A stretch of 64,000 bases of DNA from an uncultured Planctomycetales bacterium (GTDB lineage: Bacteria > 4484-113 > JAFGCY01), in NCBI GenBank assembly GCA_964609245.1, contig CAZSSB010000014.1, positions 769 through 64,768 on the forward strand, written 5' to 3'. Shown here one piece after another: positions 1-8,112 of the stretch (position 1 is its first letter; every line of letters begins with the position of its first letter). Both the position numbers and the translations under genes were made by a program. The notes below the pieces were generated by a model. That model was not told where the DNA came from. It did no database searches and saw only the letters and a list, made by a program, of their open reading frames with translations.

Positions 1-1360
1 TGCCTCGCTCACCCAGCCCACGCTGAACGGCTACCAGCGCCTCTTGGAGCTTCTCAAGAGCGATCTCATGCAGGCCCTGCTCGTCGTACACAACCCCGAT
101 GTTGTTGAGCAGATAGGCGCTGGCATCCTGCTGACCCTGCTCACGGGCCAGCTGCAGAGCCTGTTCGAAGTAGTCTATCGCCGCGTCGTACAGGCCGAGC
201 TCAGCGTAGATCACACCCATGCCGCCCAGCGCGCCGGCCTGGCCCCCCTGATCGCCCGCTGCTGCCATGACTCGCCGGCATCGCTCCAGGCACTCCAGTC
301 CCTCAGCGTACTCGCCCAGATACCAGTGGACACCGGCAATGCTGTATGCCAGGTCCCCCTCTCCGGACACATACTGCAACTCCTCCATGATGGTCAGGGA
401 CTGCCTGTAGTGCTTCATCGCTTCGGCGAACCAGCCCATGTCAGCACAGACGTCACCGATCCTCTTCAGCGCGTATGCTTCGCCGAAGCGGTCGCCCGGG
501 TCACGGAAGAGCCTGAGCGCCGTATCGAGGTGCACCCGTGCAACGGCGGGCCGGTCAAGCTGCCGATAGACCCCGCCAGCCCAGTAACGAGCGTATCCCT
601 CACCCGGCAGGGAACCAGCAGAGCCGTCCAGCACCGCCACGTATCGATCGAGGTACTCGAGAACCTGCCTGGCGTTGCCTGGTGAGGTCACATCTCCGGT
701 TTGGGAAGTAGCGCGGGAACCCAGAGCCAGGTCGCTTCCCCTGGCGATTGAGAGACTGCCGAGCTCAGGCTGATGGCGCCCGAATCCCTTCAGCGTGTCC
801 CCGCCCCTGCGCAGTTCATCGAGTTCGCGTGGGAAGACCAGAGGCTTCTCGTCCGTTGGCACGGCTTCCTCGTAACCGGACTCGAGTCCCAGCTTCATCT
901 GACAGAAACCCAGCAGGTCATAGCCTCTGCCCAACCACTCCCCCAGTCCGTGAGACTGCATCTCTTCGGTGAATGCGTCAAGGTACGTGATCGCCCTGAC
1001 GGTCTCTCCCGACTCATCCAGGTTGTCGCACAACTGGAAGAAGCAGTAAGCTGCACGTTCTGCATCTCCAAGGAGCAGGCTGGTGCAGCGGGCAAGAGCA
1101 TACGCGTCAAAGGCCGCTCCGAAGTCCACAGTCCCTGACTTGGCGTCGCCTCTGGCCAGGCTGTCGGCTTCTGCGACCAGCTGGTCAAGGAGCTCCCCAA
1201 GCTGCGTGTCGCTGAACTCCTGCCATTCCAGGGGCAGGTCCGCGCGGGTCATCGGCCTGCGATTCAGCAACACAGCATCCTGCGGTTGCCACTGATCACG
1301 GGGCACCGGCCCGGAACATGCCACCAGCGCAGAGCATCCGAGCAGGATCAGCGCAGTCAT
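1..1360 (-). CDS. TPR-repeat lipoprotein, 3' end beyond window edge; fourth paralog of the N-terminal/TPR part of the TPR-CHAT family
   Basis: Absent from the ORF track because it runs off the window. Manual minus-strand translation from ATG at 1360 gives MTALILLGCSALVACSGP (lipobox-like). Next comes RPMTRADLPLEWQEFSDTQLGELLDQLVAEAD, which matches the PVTRADLPDEWQQLSDDEL motif of the three CHAT proteins. TPR-like units follow (GALGGMGVIYAELGLYDAAIDYFEQALQLARE, LLNNIGVVYDEQGLHEIALEKLQEAL). The + ORF 44..685 is its antisense shadow. Confidence 0.75.
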   Translation of the reverse strand, partial: MTALILLGCSALVACSGPVPRDQWQPQDAVLLNRRPMTRADLPLEWQEFSDTQLGELLDQLVAEADSLARGDAKSGTVDFGAAFDAYALARCTSLLLGDAERAAYCFFQLCDNLDESGETVRAITYLDAFTEEMQSHGLGEWLGRGYDLLGFCQMKLGLESGYEEAVPTDEKPLVFPRELDELRRGGDTLKGFGRHQPELGSLSIARGSDLALGSRATSQTGDVTSPGNARQVLEYLDRYVAVLDGSAGSLPGEGYARYWAGGVYRQLDRPAVARVHLDTALRLFRDPGDRFGEAYALKRIGDVCADMGWFAEAMKHYRQSLTIMEELQYVSGEGDLAYSIAGVHWYLGEYAEGLECLERCRRVMAAAGDQGGQAGALGGMGVIYAELGLYDAAIDYFEQALQLAREQGQQDASAYLLNNIGVVYDEQGLHEIALEKLQEALVAVQRGLGERG

Positions 1361-1476
1361 TGCAGCCCTGAGGATGAGTCTGACCGGAGAGGATCCTGAT
1401 GCCGCGCGTTTACAGGGCCGGTAGCCCGGGCGCCGAAGTCCACACTTCACAGCTGATACGAGCGATCCCCGCATGC

Positions 1477-2493
1477 TTACTCAAGAGCCTGTGTATAGCG
1501 AAGCGGCCACTGTACATCCTCGGCCGCGCCCTCCTGCGGCTCGGGCAGGAGTCCCTGCTCCAGGTACAGCACGATGCCGTCTGCAACCGCCTCACTGATC
1601 TCACGCAAGACCTCTTCGCGCATCACATACTCGGAATCCCGAGCTGAACTCAGGAATGCCAGCTCCAGCAGTACAGCTGGCTGCACCGCATATACGAACC
1701 CGTAGATTGGCCTGTCGAAGCGACGGATGCCCAGGTCGGGCGTCTCCATGACCTCGCCGAGCTGCTGATGAATCGCCTCGGCCGCAGCCAGGCTGGATCG
1801 CCGAAGAGCGCCATCTTCGTCGACCCTGCTCTGGTCGTTGTACCAGGTGGAAAAGCCTCTCAACTCCGGGTCACTGCTGCCGTCGAAATGAACCCTCACA
1901 AACAGCTCCGCACCGTGCTGTGCTGCGAAATCCGCACGCATTCTGTTGTTCGCTTCCTGATCATGCCCCGCGTAATCGACGTCAAACCACGGATGCTCGT
2001 AGTCACGAGTGCTGTAGGTCGGCACACCGCGGCGACGCAGTGCAGCCATGATCCACATGCTGTAGTCAAGGGTCACTTCGTGTTCATGCACCGTCCTCCC
2101 ATCCAACTGAGCTGCTGAACCATGACCCGTGATCCTGAGGTTCACGTCACGTGTGCCATGTCCCGGGTCAATGACAACCACGGGATACATGCTCTCAGCC
2201 GGATTGTCGGGCATCGGCGAGATCGGCAGGATGCCCGTCACTCCCTCAGGCTGCAGCTGTGCTTCCTCCTCCCCGCCTGCAGTGCCTGGTGTCGCCTGGT
2301 CTGCACTCCTCCCAGTGGACGAACCTGCTGCACTGACCTCGTCTGGTTCCAGCTGCACCTGCTGAACGCGTGGCACCGTCGATGCCTGAACAGGCTGGTC
2401 GTCTTGCTCACTGGCTGCCTTCCGAACGCACCCGGAGCAGGTACCGAGCACCAGAAGCAGTCCCAACCCCAACACCGCGCCTGAGGAACTCAC
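1477..2493 (-). CDS. N-acetylmuramoyl-L-alanine amidase (Amidase_3 family) lipoprotein
   Basis: 338-aa ORF. The N-terminus GLGLLLVLGTCSGC is lipobox-like. Amidase_3 hallmarks are present: VVVIDPGHGTRD, HEHEVTLD, LFVRVHFDG, AVLLELAFLSS. GTG start at 2493 is preceded by GGGAGGAGAG and overlaps the upstream stop (GTGA). Confidence 0.85.
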   Translation of the reverse strand: MSSSGAVLGLGLLLVLGTCSGCVRKAASEQDDQPVQASTVPRVQQVQLEPDEVSAAGSSTGRSADQATPGTAGGEEEAQLQPEGVTGILPISPMPDNPAESMYPVVVIDPGHGTRDVNLRITGHGSAAQLDGRTVHEHEVTLDYSMWIMAALRRRGVPTYSTRDYEHPWFDVDYAGHDQEANNRMRADFAAQHGAELFVRVHFDGSSDPELRGFSTWYNDQSRVDEDGALRRSSLAAAEAIHQQLGEVMETPDLGIRRFDRPIYGFVYAVQPAVLLELAFLSSARDSEYVMREEVLREISEAVADGIVLYLEQGLLPEPQEGAAEDVQWPLRYTQALE

Positions 2494-4982
2494 CTTCTCT
2501 CCTCCCTGAGCCTCACTAGCAGATCGTAGTTGGCCCGCTCGAAGTCATTCAGCAGCTCCAGGTATGCCCGGCTGTCATCGTATGCGCCGTTGCTCGTTAC
2601 AGGATACAGCGGGTCTTCCTCGTACCAGGATTGCTCCTGGAAGTGCCGGCGCCACTTCTCAAAAGCGAATCCACGTCCATGACGCGCCAGTACTTCGTTG
2701 ACTGCCAGGGCTAGCTGGTCTGCCGTAAAGGACTCCAACTCGGACTCATCGTAGTAACGAGTGTGTGTGTCCAGGAAGAAGCCGCCTTCAGGCAGCGCTG
2801 CCGCAGACATTTCTTGGTACGCCGTCGCTTTCTCATCCTCTCCGAGCAGGTCGCAAAGCGAGCTCATATCAGCGAGTATGCGAGACTCTCGCTCGGCATC
2901 GGCAAGCTCACGACTTACCGTCAGCGCCTGCTCGAAATAGTCAAGTGCCTGGTCCGGTTCCCCCAGCGACACATGCGTTTGACCGATGCTGTGGAGCAGT
3001 TCACCTTCAGTGGCAAGGTCGCCAGTATCGCGACACTCGTCAAGCTGTTGCTGAAACTCCGTAAGCTCCTGACGGTAGGGCCGCAGCACTGCTGCTTGTT
3101 TCCTGACTGCCAGGACGATGGGCGCAGCCGACATAGCCCCCTCAACCGTCGGCGCGGCGGGCAACTGGTCGACACCGGTAGTTGAACCCAGCGTAGTCAT
3201 CTCAGCAACGAGGGCCTGATGCAGCGAGCCGAACGTCATCGTGCCATCCGCGCCGAAGGCGCTGTCCTTCAGGGTTTCAAGAAGGGCATACGTGAAAACC
3301 CCGTGCTCCAACGTGAAAACCCCGTCCTCCTGGGGGGGGACCTCGAAGCCGGGGCTGCCTGGGGCCGAGCCCAGGATAATCCCGATGCGCTTTTCATGGC
3401 CGGAGCGGTCATCACCAATCGTGTGGGTAGCTGAGGCACTCGAGCAGTCGCAGTCTAGTAACAGCACCAGGTTGCCGCATGCGGAATCGCGCACATCATC
3501 TATGATCTGTCCCAGACTGAGTGCGCGGGACTCCACCCGCGGGTCAAACTCGCCATCATAGGGAACCAGGCAATCTTCGCCGTCCAGGCTCAGCGCGTGA
3601 CCGGAGAAGAAGAACAGCACAGTGCCGTTGCCTGATTTCTTCAGGCCTTGCAGTGCATTGCGGATATTCAAGTGTGTCGCTTCGCTGCCAGTCAACAGGC
3701 TCACGCGATGAGCGAGAAGCCCACAGTCACGCACCAGAGCATCACGGACAGCGTGCGCATCGCTCTCAGCGTAGCGCAAATCCGGGGCGTACTCTGACTG
3801 GTAGTCGTTAATCCCAACAACAAGCGCCGAATTAGCTGGTTGAATGCACACTGAGGGATCCACCGTAACCTCGGTGGCCACCCCCGACGCATCGTTAACA
3901 GAACCTCCACTCGGCAAATCTCGCTTTGGCGGATGTGTGACTTCTCTCTCCCCCAGAACGATGGTCCCTGACAAGCCAGTCGGAATCACCCTCTCAGGTG
4001 TCTGCGAGTATCCCACCTGGAAGGACAGCTGCTTCATGCTCGTCAGGACAGCTTCGTAAAGGCTGTCGTAGGTGATCCTGCCCTTAGGGTCGACAGCCTT
4101 GCCGGCCATCGCACTGAGCAGGGCTTGTGTGAACAGGCCGTGATCCAGCTCAGGAGGTTCATGAGACAGCTCATTGAACTTCGTACCGAAGATGACCCCC
4201 ATTCCATGACCATCGCCATCCGTTTCGATCGAGCCCCAATCAGGCTCAACGAAACCTGTTTCCTGCTCCCCGCCCGAGCCTCTTGCCGTGGAGGCGATGT
4301 TTCCCCGGCAAGCGTCGATGAGCATAACCTGACGTTCGAATCCGCTGGCAGCCAGCAGGCGGTACACATCGTCGAGACAGATGTTGCGGTCCGCGTAGTC
4401 CGGATCCAGTTCGCCGTCGTAAGGGATGAGGTAGTCACGGCCGTTGAACACCTGACCGTGGCCCGAGAAGAAGAACACAACGGTTCCGGTGTTCAGGTCA
4501 CAGAGACCGTGCAGCGCATTGTGGATCCGCCTATATATTGCGTCTGGCCCCAGCAATGAAACAACCACGTCGGGATTGAACCCGCAGTCTTCCACCAGCG
4601 CGTTCTTCACCGCCTCGGCGTCGCCTTCCGCCTTCTCGAGATCACGTATTCCTTCGGAGTCGCGGTAGTTGATGCCTATGACAATGGCGGCGTTGTCGGG
4701 CTGCGGCTTGACTGTGTACTGGACGGCATCCCCCGATTCGGACGTCTCTGCAACGGTTGACGAGCGCTGAGCAGCAGGCTTCTGCTCCCCCTGGTCTGGC
4801 TTGTGGCACGCGGCCAGGCACAGGAACAGAGCCAGGAGCAGGCAGAGCGAGACGGCCAACCTACGCAACCGATGGACAGCTGCACATGTACTCGCGACTC
4901 CGCACCAGTCTCGCAGCTTCAGGACCGCGGCAGCGCCTGCAGCCAACGCATGTCCGACACTCATACCCCTGAACCTACCCAT
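2490..4982 (-). CDS. Lipoprotein with two tandem caspase-like (peptidase C14) domains, TPR region and C-terminal YARHG domain
   Basis: Domain 1: AIVIGINYRD...VVFFFSGHGQV...VMLIDACRGN. Domain 2: ALVVGINDYQ...VLFFFSGHALS...LVLLLDCDCSS. Both carry a His/Cys dyad in caspase-like context. A TPR-like segment follows (LHSIGQTHVSLGEPDQALDYFEQALTVSRE). The C-terminus NEVLARHGRGFAFEKWRRHFQEQSWY is YARHG-like. Start set at ATG 4982 (GAGGTGA RBS 4 nt upstream); the track ORF begins at 5018. The hydrophobic stretch ends in LFLCLAAC (lipobox). Confidence 0.8.
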   Translation of the reverse strand: MGRFRGMSVGHALAAGAAAVLKLRDWCGVASTCAAVHRLRRLAVSLCLLLALFLCLAACHKPDQGEQKPAAQRSSTVAETSESGDAVQYTVKPQPDNAAIVIGINYRDSEGIRDLEKAEGDAEAVKNALVEDCGFNPDVVVSLLGPDAIYRRIHNALHGLCDLNTGTVVFFFSGHGQVFNGRDYLIPYDGELDPDYADRNICLDDVYRLLAASGFERQVMLIDACRGNIASTARGSGGEQETGFVEPDWGSIETDGDGHGMGVIFGTKFNELSHEPPELDHGLFTQALLSAMAGKAVDPKGRITYDSLYEAVLTSMKQLSFQVGYSQTPERVIPTGLSGTIVLGEREVTHPPKRDLPSGGSVNDASGVATEVTVDPSVCIQPANSALVVGINDYQSEYAPDLRYAESDAHAVRDALVRDCGLLAHRVSLLTGSEATHLNIRNALQGLKKSGNGTVLFFFSGHALSLDGEDCLVPYDGEFDPRVESRALSLGQIIDDVRDSACGNLVLLLDCDCSSASATHTIGDDRSGHEKRIGIILGSAPGSPGFEVPPQEDGVFTLEHGVFTYALLETLKDSAFGADGTMTFGSLHQALVAEMTTLGSTTGVDQLPAAPTVEGAMSAAPIVLAVRKQAAVLRPYRQELTEFQQQLDECRDTGDLATEGELLHSIGQTHVSLGEPDQALDYFEQALTVSRELADAERESRILADMSSLCDLLGEDEKATAYQEMSAAALPEGGFFLDTHTRYYDESELESFTADQLALAVNEVLARHGRGFAFEKWRRHFQEQSWYEEDPLYPVTSNGAYDDSRAYLELLNDFERANYDLLVRLREERR

Positions 4983-5082
4983 ATCGTCACCTCTTATGGA
5001 TGCCACTCCAGCGAGCAATCCTTGACCAATTGCTGCGCAATCCCCTCGTGTTCAGGCATTGTACCGAACAACTGATCACCTG

Positions 5083-5211
5083 TTACAGGACAACTCCTCT
5101 GCCAGCACCTGTACTGGCAGCGGCAACAGCGAGCCCGGCGGCGCCCAGCAGAGCGACGACCACCAGGAAAACAACCCAGCTTCTGACTGCGATTCGGTCT
5201 TCAGCAACCAC
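5083..5211 (-). CDS. Possible 42-aa single-pass membrane peptide (below ORF-track size cutoff)
   Basis: GTG at 5211 is preceded by GGGAGG plus a 6-nt spacer (revcomp of 5212-5223). Translation: MVAEDRIAVRSWVVFLVVVALLGAAGLAVAAASTGAGRGVVL, then stop TAA at 5083-5085. It has one clear hydrophobic helix. It lies between the cyclase and caspase genes on the same strand. Confidence 0.4.
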   Translation of the reverse strand: MVAEDRIAVRSWVVFLVVVALLGAAGLAVAAASTGAGRGVVL

Positions 5212-5294
5212 TGTCTTCCTCCCATGCTGCGATCCGTGCAACGCTCGCACGGGGCAGCCATGATCCCGAGGGCGCAGCGCTCAGCGCCCCGGCC

Positions 5295-7145
5295 TCAGTC
5301 AAACGCGAAAAGCCTAGCCTGCGCGTGTCCTCGAATCGGCACCTCGCCCAGTTCACGCGCCGCAGTCGCAGTCTCGGCATCCAGCAGCGCCACCAGTTCC
5401 GCGGTCGCAACGATCGCCACGCCGCGCTGCTTACAGACGTCCTGCAGCCGCGAAGCGAGGTTTACTGAGTCCCCGATCACCGTGAAGTCCAGCTTGGCCC
5501 GGGAGCCGACGTTGCCGCCGACGATCTCGCCGTAGTGCAGGCCGACGCCGATGCTCAGGCTGGCCTGCCCCGTGTCCGGCCGCGGCAGCGCGCTCGCGGC
5601 CCGCACCATCTCGCGCGCGCAGGCCAGGCCGGCCGCCGCCGGATGCGGCAGCTCCTCCGGATAGCCGAACACCACCAGCGCGCCGTCGCCGATGAACTTG
5701 TCCACCCAGCCGCCATGGCGCGTGACGATCTCCGTCATCGCGTCGTGATAGCGGGTCAGAAACGCCACCACCTCGGCGGGAGGCAGTCCCTGAGTGAACG
5801 TCGTGAAGCCACGGATGTCGGCAAACATCACCACCGCCCGGCAGCGTTCACCCGCCAGCAGGCTCTCGCCGCGCTCCTCGACGATGCGCTGCAGCGCCCG
5901 CCGGCTGACATAGCGCCGGAAGTAGTCGGCGACGCGCCGGCGCTCGCGGTCGATCAGCGTGAACCGCACCACGCGCACCAGGCCTGAGCCGATGACCAGC
6001 ACCAGCAGCAACGCGCCGGGCGCCAGTCTGAGATCCGCCAGGAACGCCGCGTAGGAACCGGCGAGGATGCCTGCCGCCAGCACCAGATCCGTCGCGACGC
6101 TCAGCGGCGGCGCCAGGCGCAGCACCGCGATCGCCGACAACAGCAGGAGCAGCGCGGCCAGCAGGACCAGCGTCCAGCCCGAAATCGACTTCAGCTCCCG
6201 GCCCGTATACACCGTGTCCGCGACGTTGGCCAGCAGCTCCACGCCACTCATCCGCTGCCGGCGATCGCGGCCGGCATAGGGCGTGACAAAGATGTCGTCC
6301 GGCTGTTGCCACTTCCCGATGAAGACGGTCCTGCCCCGCCACTGGCTGCTGAGCTTCTCAAGCTCCTCGCCCTCGGCACTGAGGACATCCAGGTAGCTCA
6401 GGTGCGGATAGGTGTTCGGCGGGCCGGTGTAGTTGATGAACACCGACTCCGGCCCGGTGCTGTCCGCTTCGGCCAGCTCCAGTGTGCCGCGGCTGGCGTG
6501 GGTTGCTGCCAGACCGGGCAGCGACGGCAGGGCCGCCGGCGATCCGCCCTGCGCCGGAAGCAGAGTGCCGAACTCCCGCACCGCCTTGTCACCCGACTCC
6601 TCGGCGAACAGGTTGACGAATCCAAGGACCTCATCCCCGCCCGCGGGCTCGCGGAGTTCATCGCGTGGCAGCTGCAGCTCGCCCCCGCGAACGTAGCAGG
6701 CGAGAAACACCGGACAGTCGTACTCATACCGCGCCTCGGCGATCGCGGTGCCCATCGCGGCGAAGCTCTCGTATTCCAGGCGTCGGGCCAGCCGTTCCTG
6801 CTCGGTCTGAAGGAATCCCTCGCCATCGATCTCCGGAGCGAACATGTCCAGAGCAATGCCCCTGGCCCCCCCCTGCGCGAGCTTCCTGATCACCTCGGCG
6901 TGGTACCAGCCCCAGTAGAACGTAGCCAGTGGCAGCGCGCTGTGGGTGGCGTCATCCATGCCGACGACCACGAATGCGTCGCTGACAGCCCGCGGCCCGC
7001 GCAGCTCGAAAAACGTGCATTCGAGACGTGCATCCAGCCACTCCCCCGCCACGGAATGGCGCAGCCACGCGGTCGCTGCAGCCAGCACCAGCAGCACCAG
7101 CCAGATGAGGAGGAGCACGAGCGTTCTCAACCTGCTGCCACTCAT
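5295..7145 (-). CDS. CHASE2-sensor class III adenylate cyclase
   Basis: 616 aa. An N-terminal TM helix is followed by a ~300-aa CHASE2-like region (VVVGMDDATHSAL, GIALDMFAPE, LGFVNLFAEESGDKAVREF, TVFIGKWQQPDDIFVTPYAG...GVELLANV). Three TM helices follow, then the cyclase core (VVMFADIRGFTTFTQ, VDKFIGDGALVVF, GLHYGEIVGGNVGS, DFTVIGDSVNLASRLQ). ATG at 7145 overlaps the upstream stop (ATGA). Confidence 0.9.
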   Translation of the reverse strand: MSGSRLRTLVLLLIWLVLLVLAAATAWLRHSVAGEWLDARLECTFFELRGPRAVSDAFVVVGMDDATHSALPLATFYWGWYHAEVIRKLAQGGARGIALDMFAPEIDGEGFLQTEQERLARRLEYESFAAMGTAIAEARYEYDCPVFLACYVRGGELQLPRDELREPAGGDEVLGFVNLFAEESGDKAVREFGTLLPAQGGSPAALPSLPGLAATHASRGTLELAEADSTGPESVFINYTGPPNTYPHLSYLDVLSAEGEELEKLSSQWRGRTVFIGKWQQPDDIFVTPYAGRDRRQRMSGVELLANVADTVYTGRELKSISGWTLVLLAALLLLLSAIAVLRLAPPLSVATDLVLAAGILAGSYAAFLADLRLAPGALLLVLVIGSGLVRVVRFTLIDRERRRVADYFRRYVSRRALQRIVEERGESLLAGERCRAVVMFADIRGFTTFTQGLPPAEVVAFLTRYHDAMTEIVTRHGGWVDKFIGDGALVVFGYPEELPHPAAAGLACAREMVRAASALPRPDTGQASLSIGVGLHYGEIVGGNVGSRAKLDFTVIGDSVNLASRLQDVCKQRGVAIVATAELVALLDAETATAARELGEVPIRGHAQARLFAFD

Positions 7146-8089
7146 TGGCCCTCCGCGGAGTTAAGCCGCCGCAACTGCTCGGTCGCGGCCATCGCTTCCC
7201 AGTCCATGCCGTAATACTGGCAGACGCTGATCAGGTAGGCCAGATCGGCGGCGCTGCCGTGCTCGCCGAGCGCTGCCGCCACATCGCGCTGATAGATGCC
7301 ACAGCCGTAGAGTGCGGTCCGTACATCCCGCCAGTCCGCAATGCTCAGTACCGAAAACTGGCAGCGCTCCGGTTCCGGGCCGTCCTCGCCGGCCACCGTC
7401 CAGGTGTACTGCTCGCCCGGCCGTACCCACACCAGGCAGCCGCTGCAGTTCGACTTCAGCACATGCTGAAGCTCCTGCCGTCCGGCGGACTCCAGCGCGA
7501 CGGTCAGTGTTGCACTCGGCCCCAGATAGGACCAGGCCAGCGCCGTGCGACCAGGGGGCACCGCCGTGTCGACCGGATGCAGCGCAACGGGTGCAATCAT
7601 CGGATCGCCTCTGATCACCGGGCCGGCCATCTGGGCATCCTCCCGGTCCCCAACGATGAGCACCTGCTCAAACGCCTCGACCTGCTCGATGACCGGCGGG
7701 GTGTCGCCGGGCTCGACGACCGTGATCCCGGCTTCCTCGATCCGCAGCCGGCACGCACCGTAGTGCTGTTGCCGGGTCGCGTCGCGATAGCTGAGCAGCA
7801 GCACCGAGGCCGCCGGCGGAATCACCAGCTCATCACCGGCGAAGAGGTATGGCAGCAGCATGGCTGCGATCTCGACTTCCTGCAGCACCGGTGATTCCTC
7901 CGCCGGGGCCGCTGCCGTCTCGAACAGCCTGACGGGGGCCTCGCCGCCCCGCACCAGCAGGAGCCTGCCAAGCGCCTCCTGCGGCTGATCCAGCAACTCC
8001 CGGGGCTGCTCGCCGCGGGCGGCCGTACAAATGGCTGCAAGTCCCACACCCAGCAGGACCGTCACCACTCTGACTACGCTCTGGCTCAT
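7142..8089 (-). CDS. Exported protein of unknown function; C-terminal half tentatively DUF928-like
   Basis: 315 aa with signal peptide VVTVLLGVGLAAICTAARG. The C-terminal half (ALAWSYLGPSATLTVALES...GEQYTWTVAGEDGPEPERCQFSVLS...DLAYLISVCQYYGMDWEAMAATEQLRRL) resembles, from my memory of the family, the DUF928 pattern: PxFxW, GxxYxW, and a C-terminal YAxxGxWxDAL helix. The CDS call is firm. The family assignment is tentative. Confidence 0.7.
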   Translation of the reverse strand: MSQSVVRVVTVLLGVGLAAICTAARGEQPRELLDQPQEALGRLLLVRGGEAPVRLFETAAAPAEESPVLQEVEIAAMLLPYLFAGDELVIPPAASVLLLSYRDATRQQHYGACRLRIEEAGITVVEPGDTPPVIEQVEAFEQVLIVGDREDAQMAGPVIRGDPMIAPVALHPVDTAVPPGRTALAWSYLGPSATLTVALESAGRQELQHVLKSNCSGCLVWVRPGEQYTWTVAGEDGPEPERCQFSVLSIADWRDVRTALYGCGIYQRDVAAALGEHGSAADLAYLISVCQYYGMDWEAMAATEQLRRLNSAEGQ

Positions 8090-8112
8090 AAGCGATCAAC
8101 TCCCGACCAGCT

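Noticed and set aside
5076-5261. 61-aa - ORF listed in the track for the cyclase-caspase spacer
   Set aside because: It has no RBS at its start and an odd Trp/Ser/Cys-rich composition. A different frame in the same spacer (5083..5211) has a perfect RBS and a TM helix, so I preferred that one, still at low confidence.
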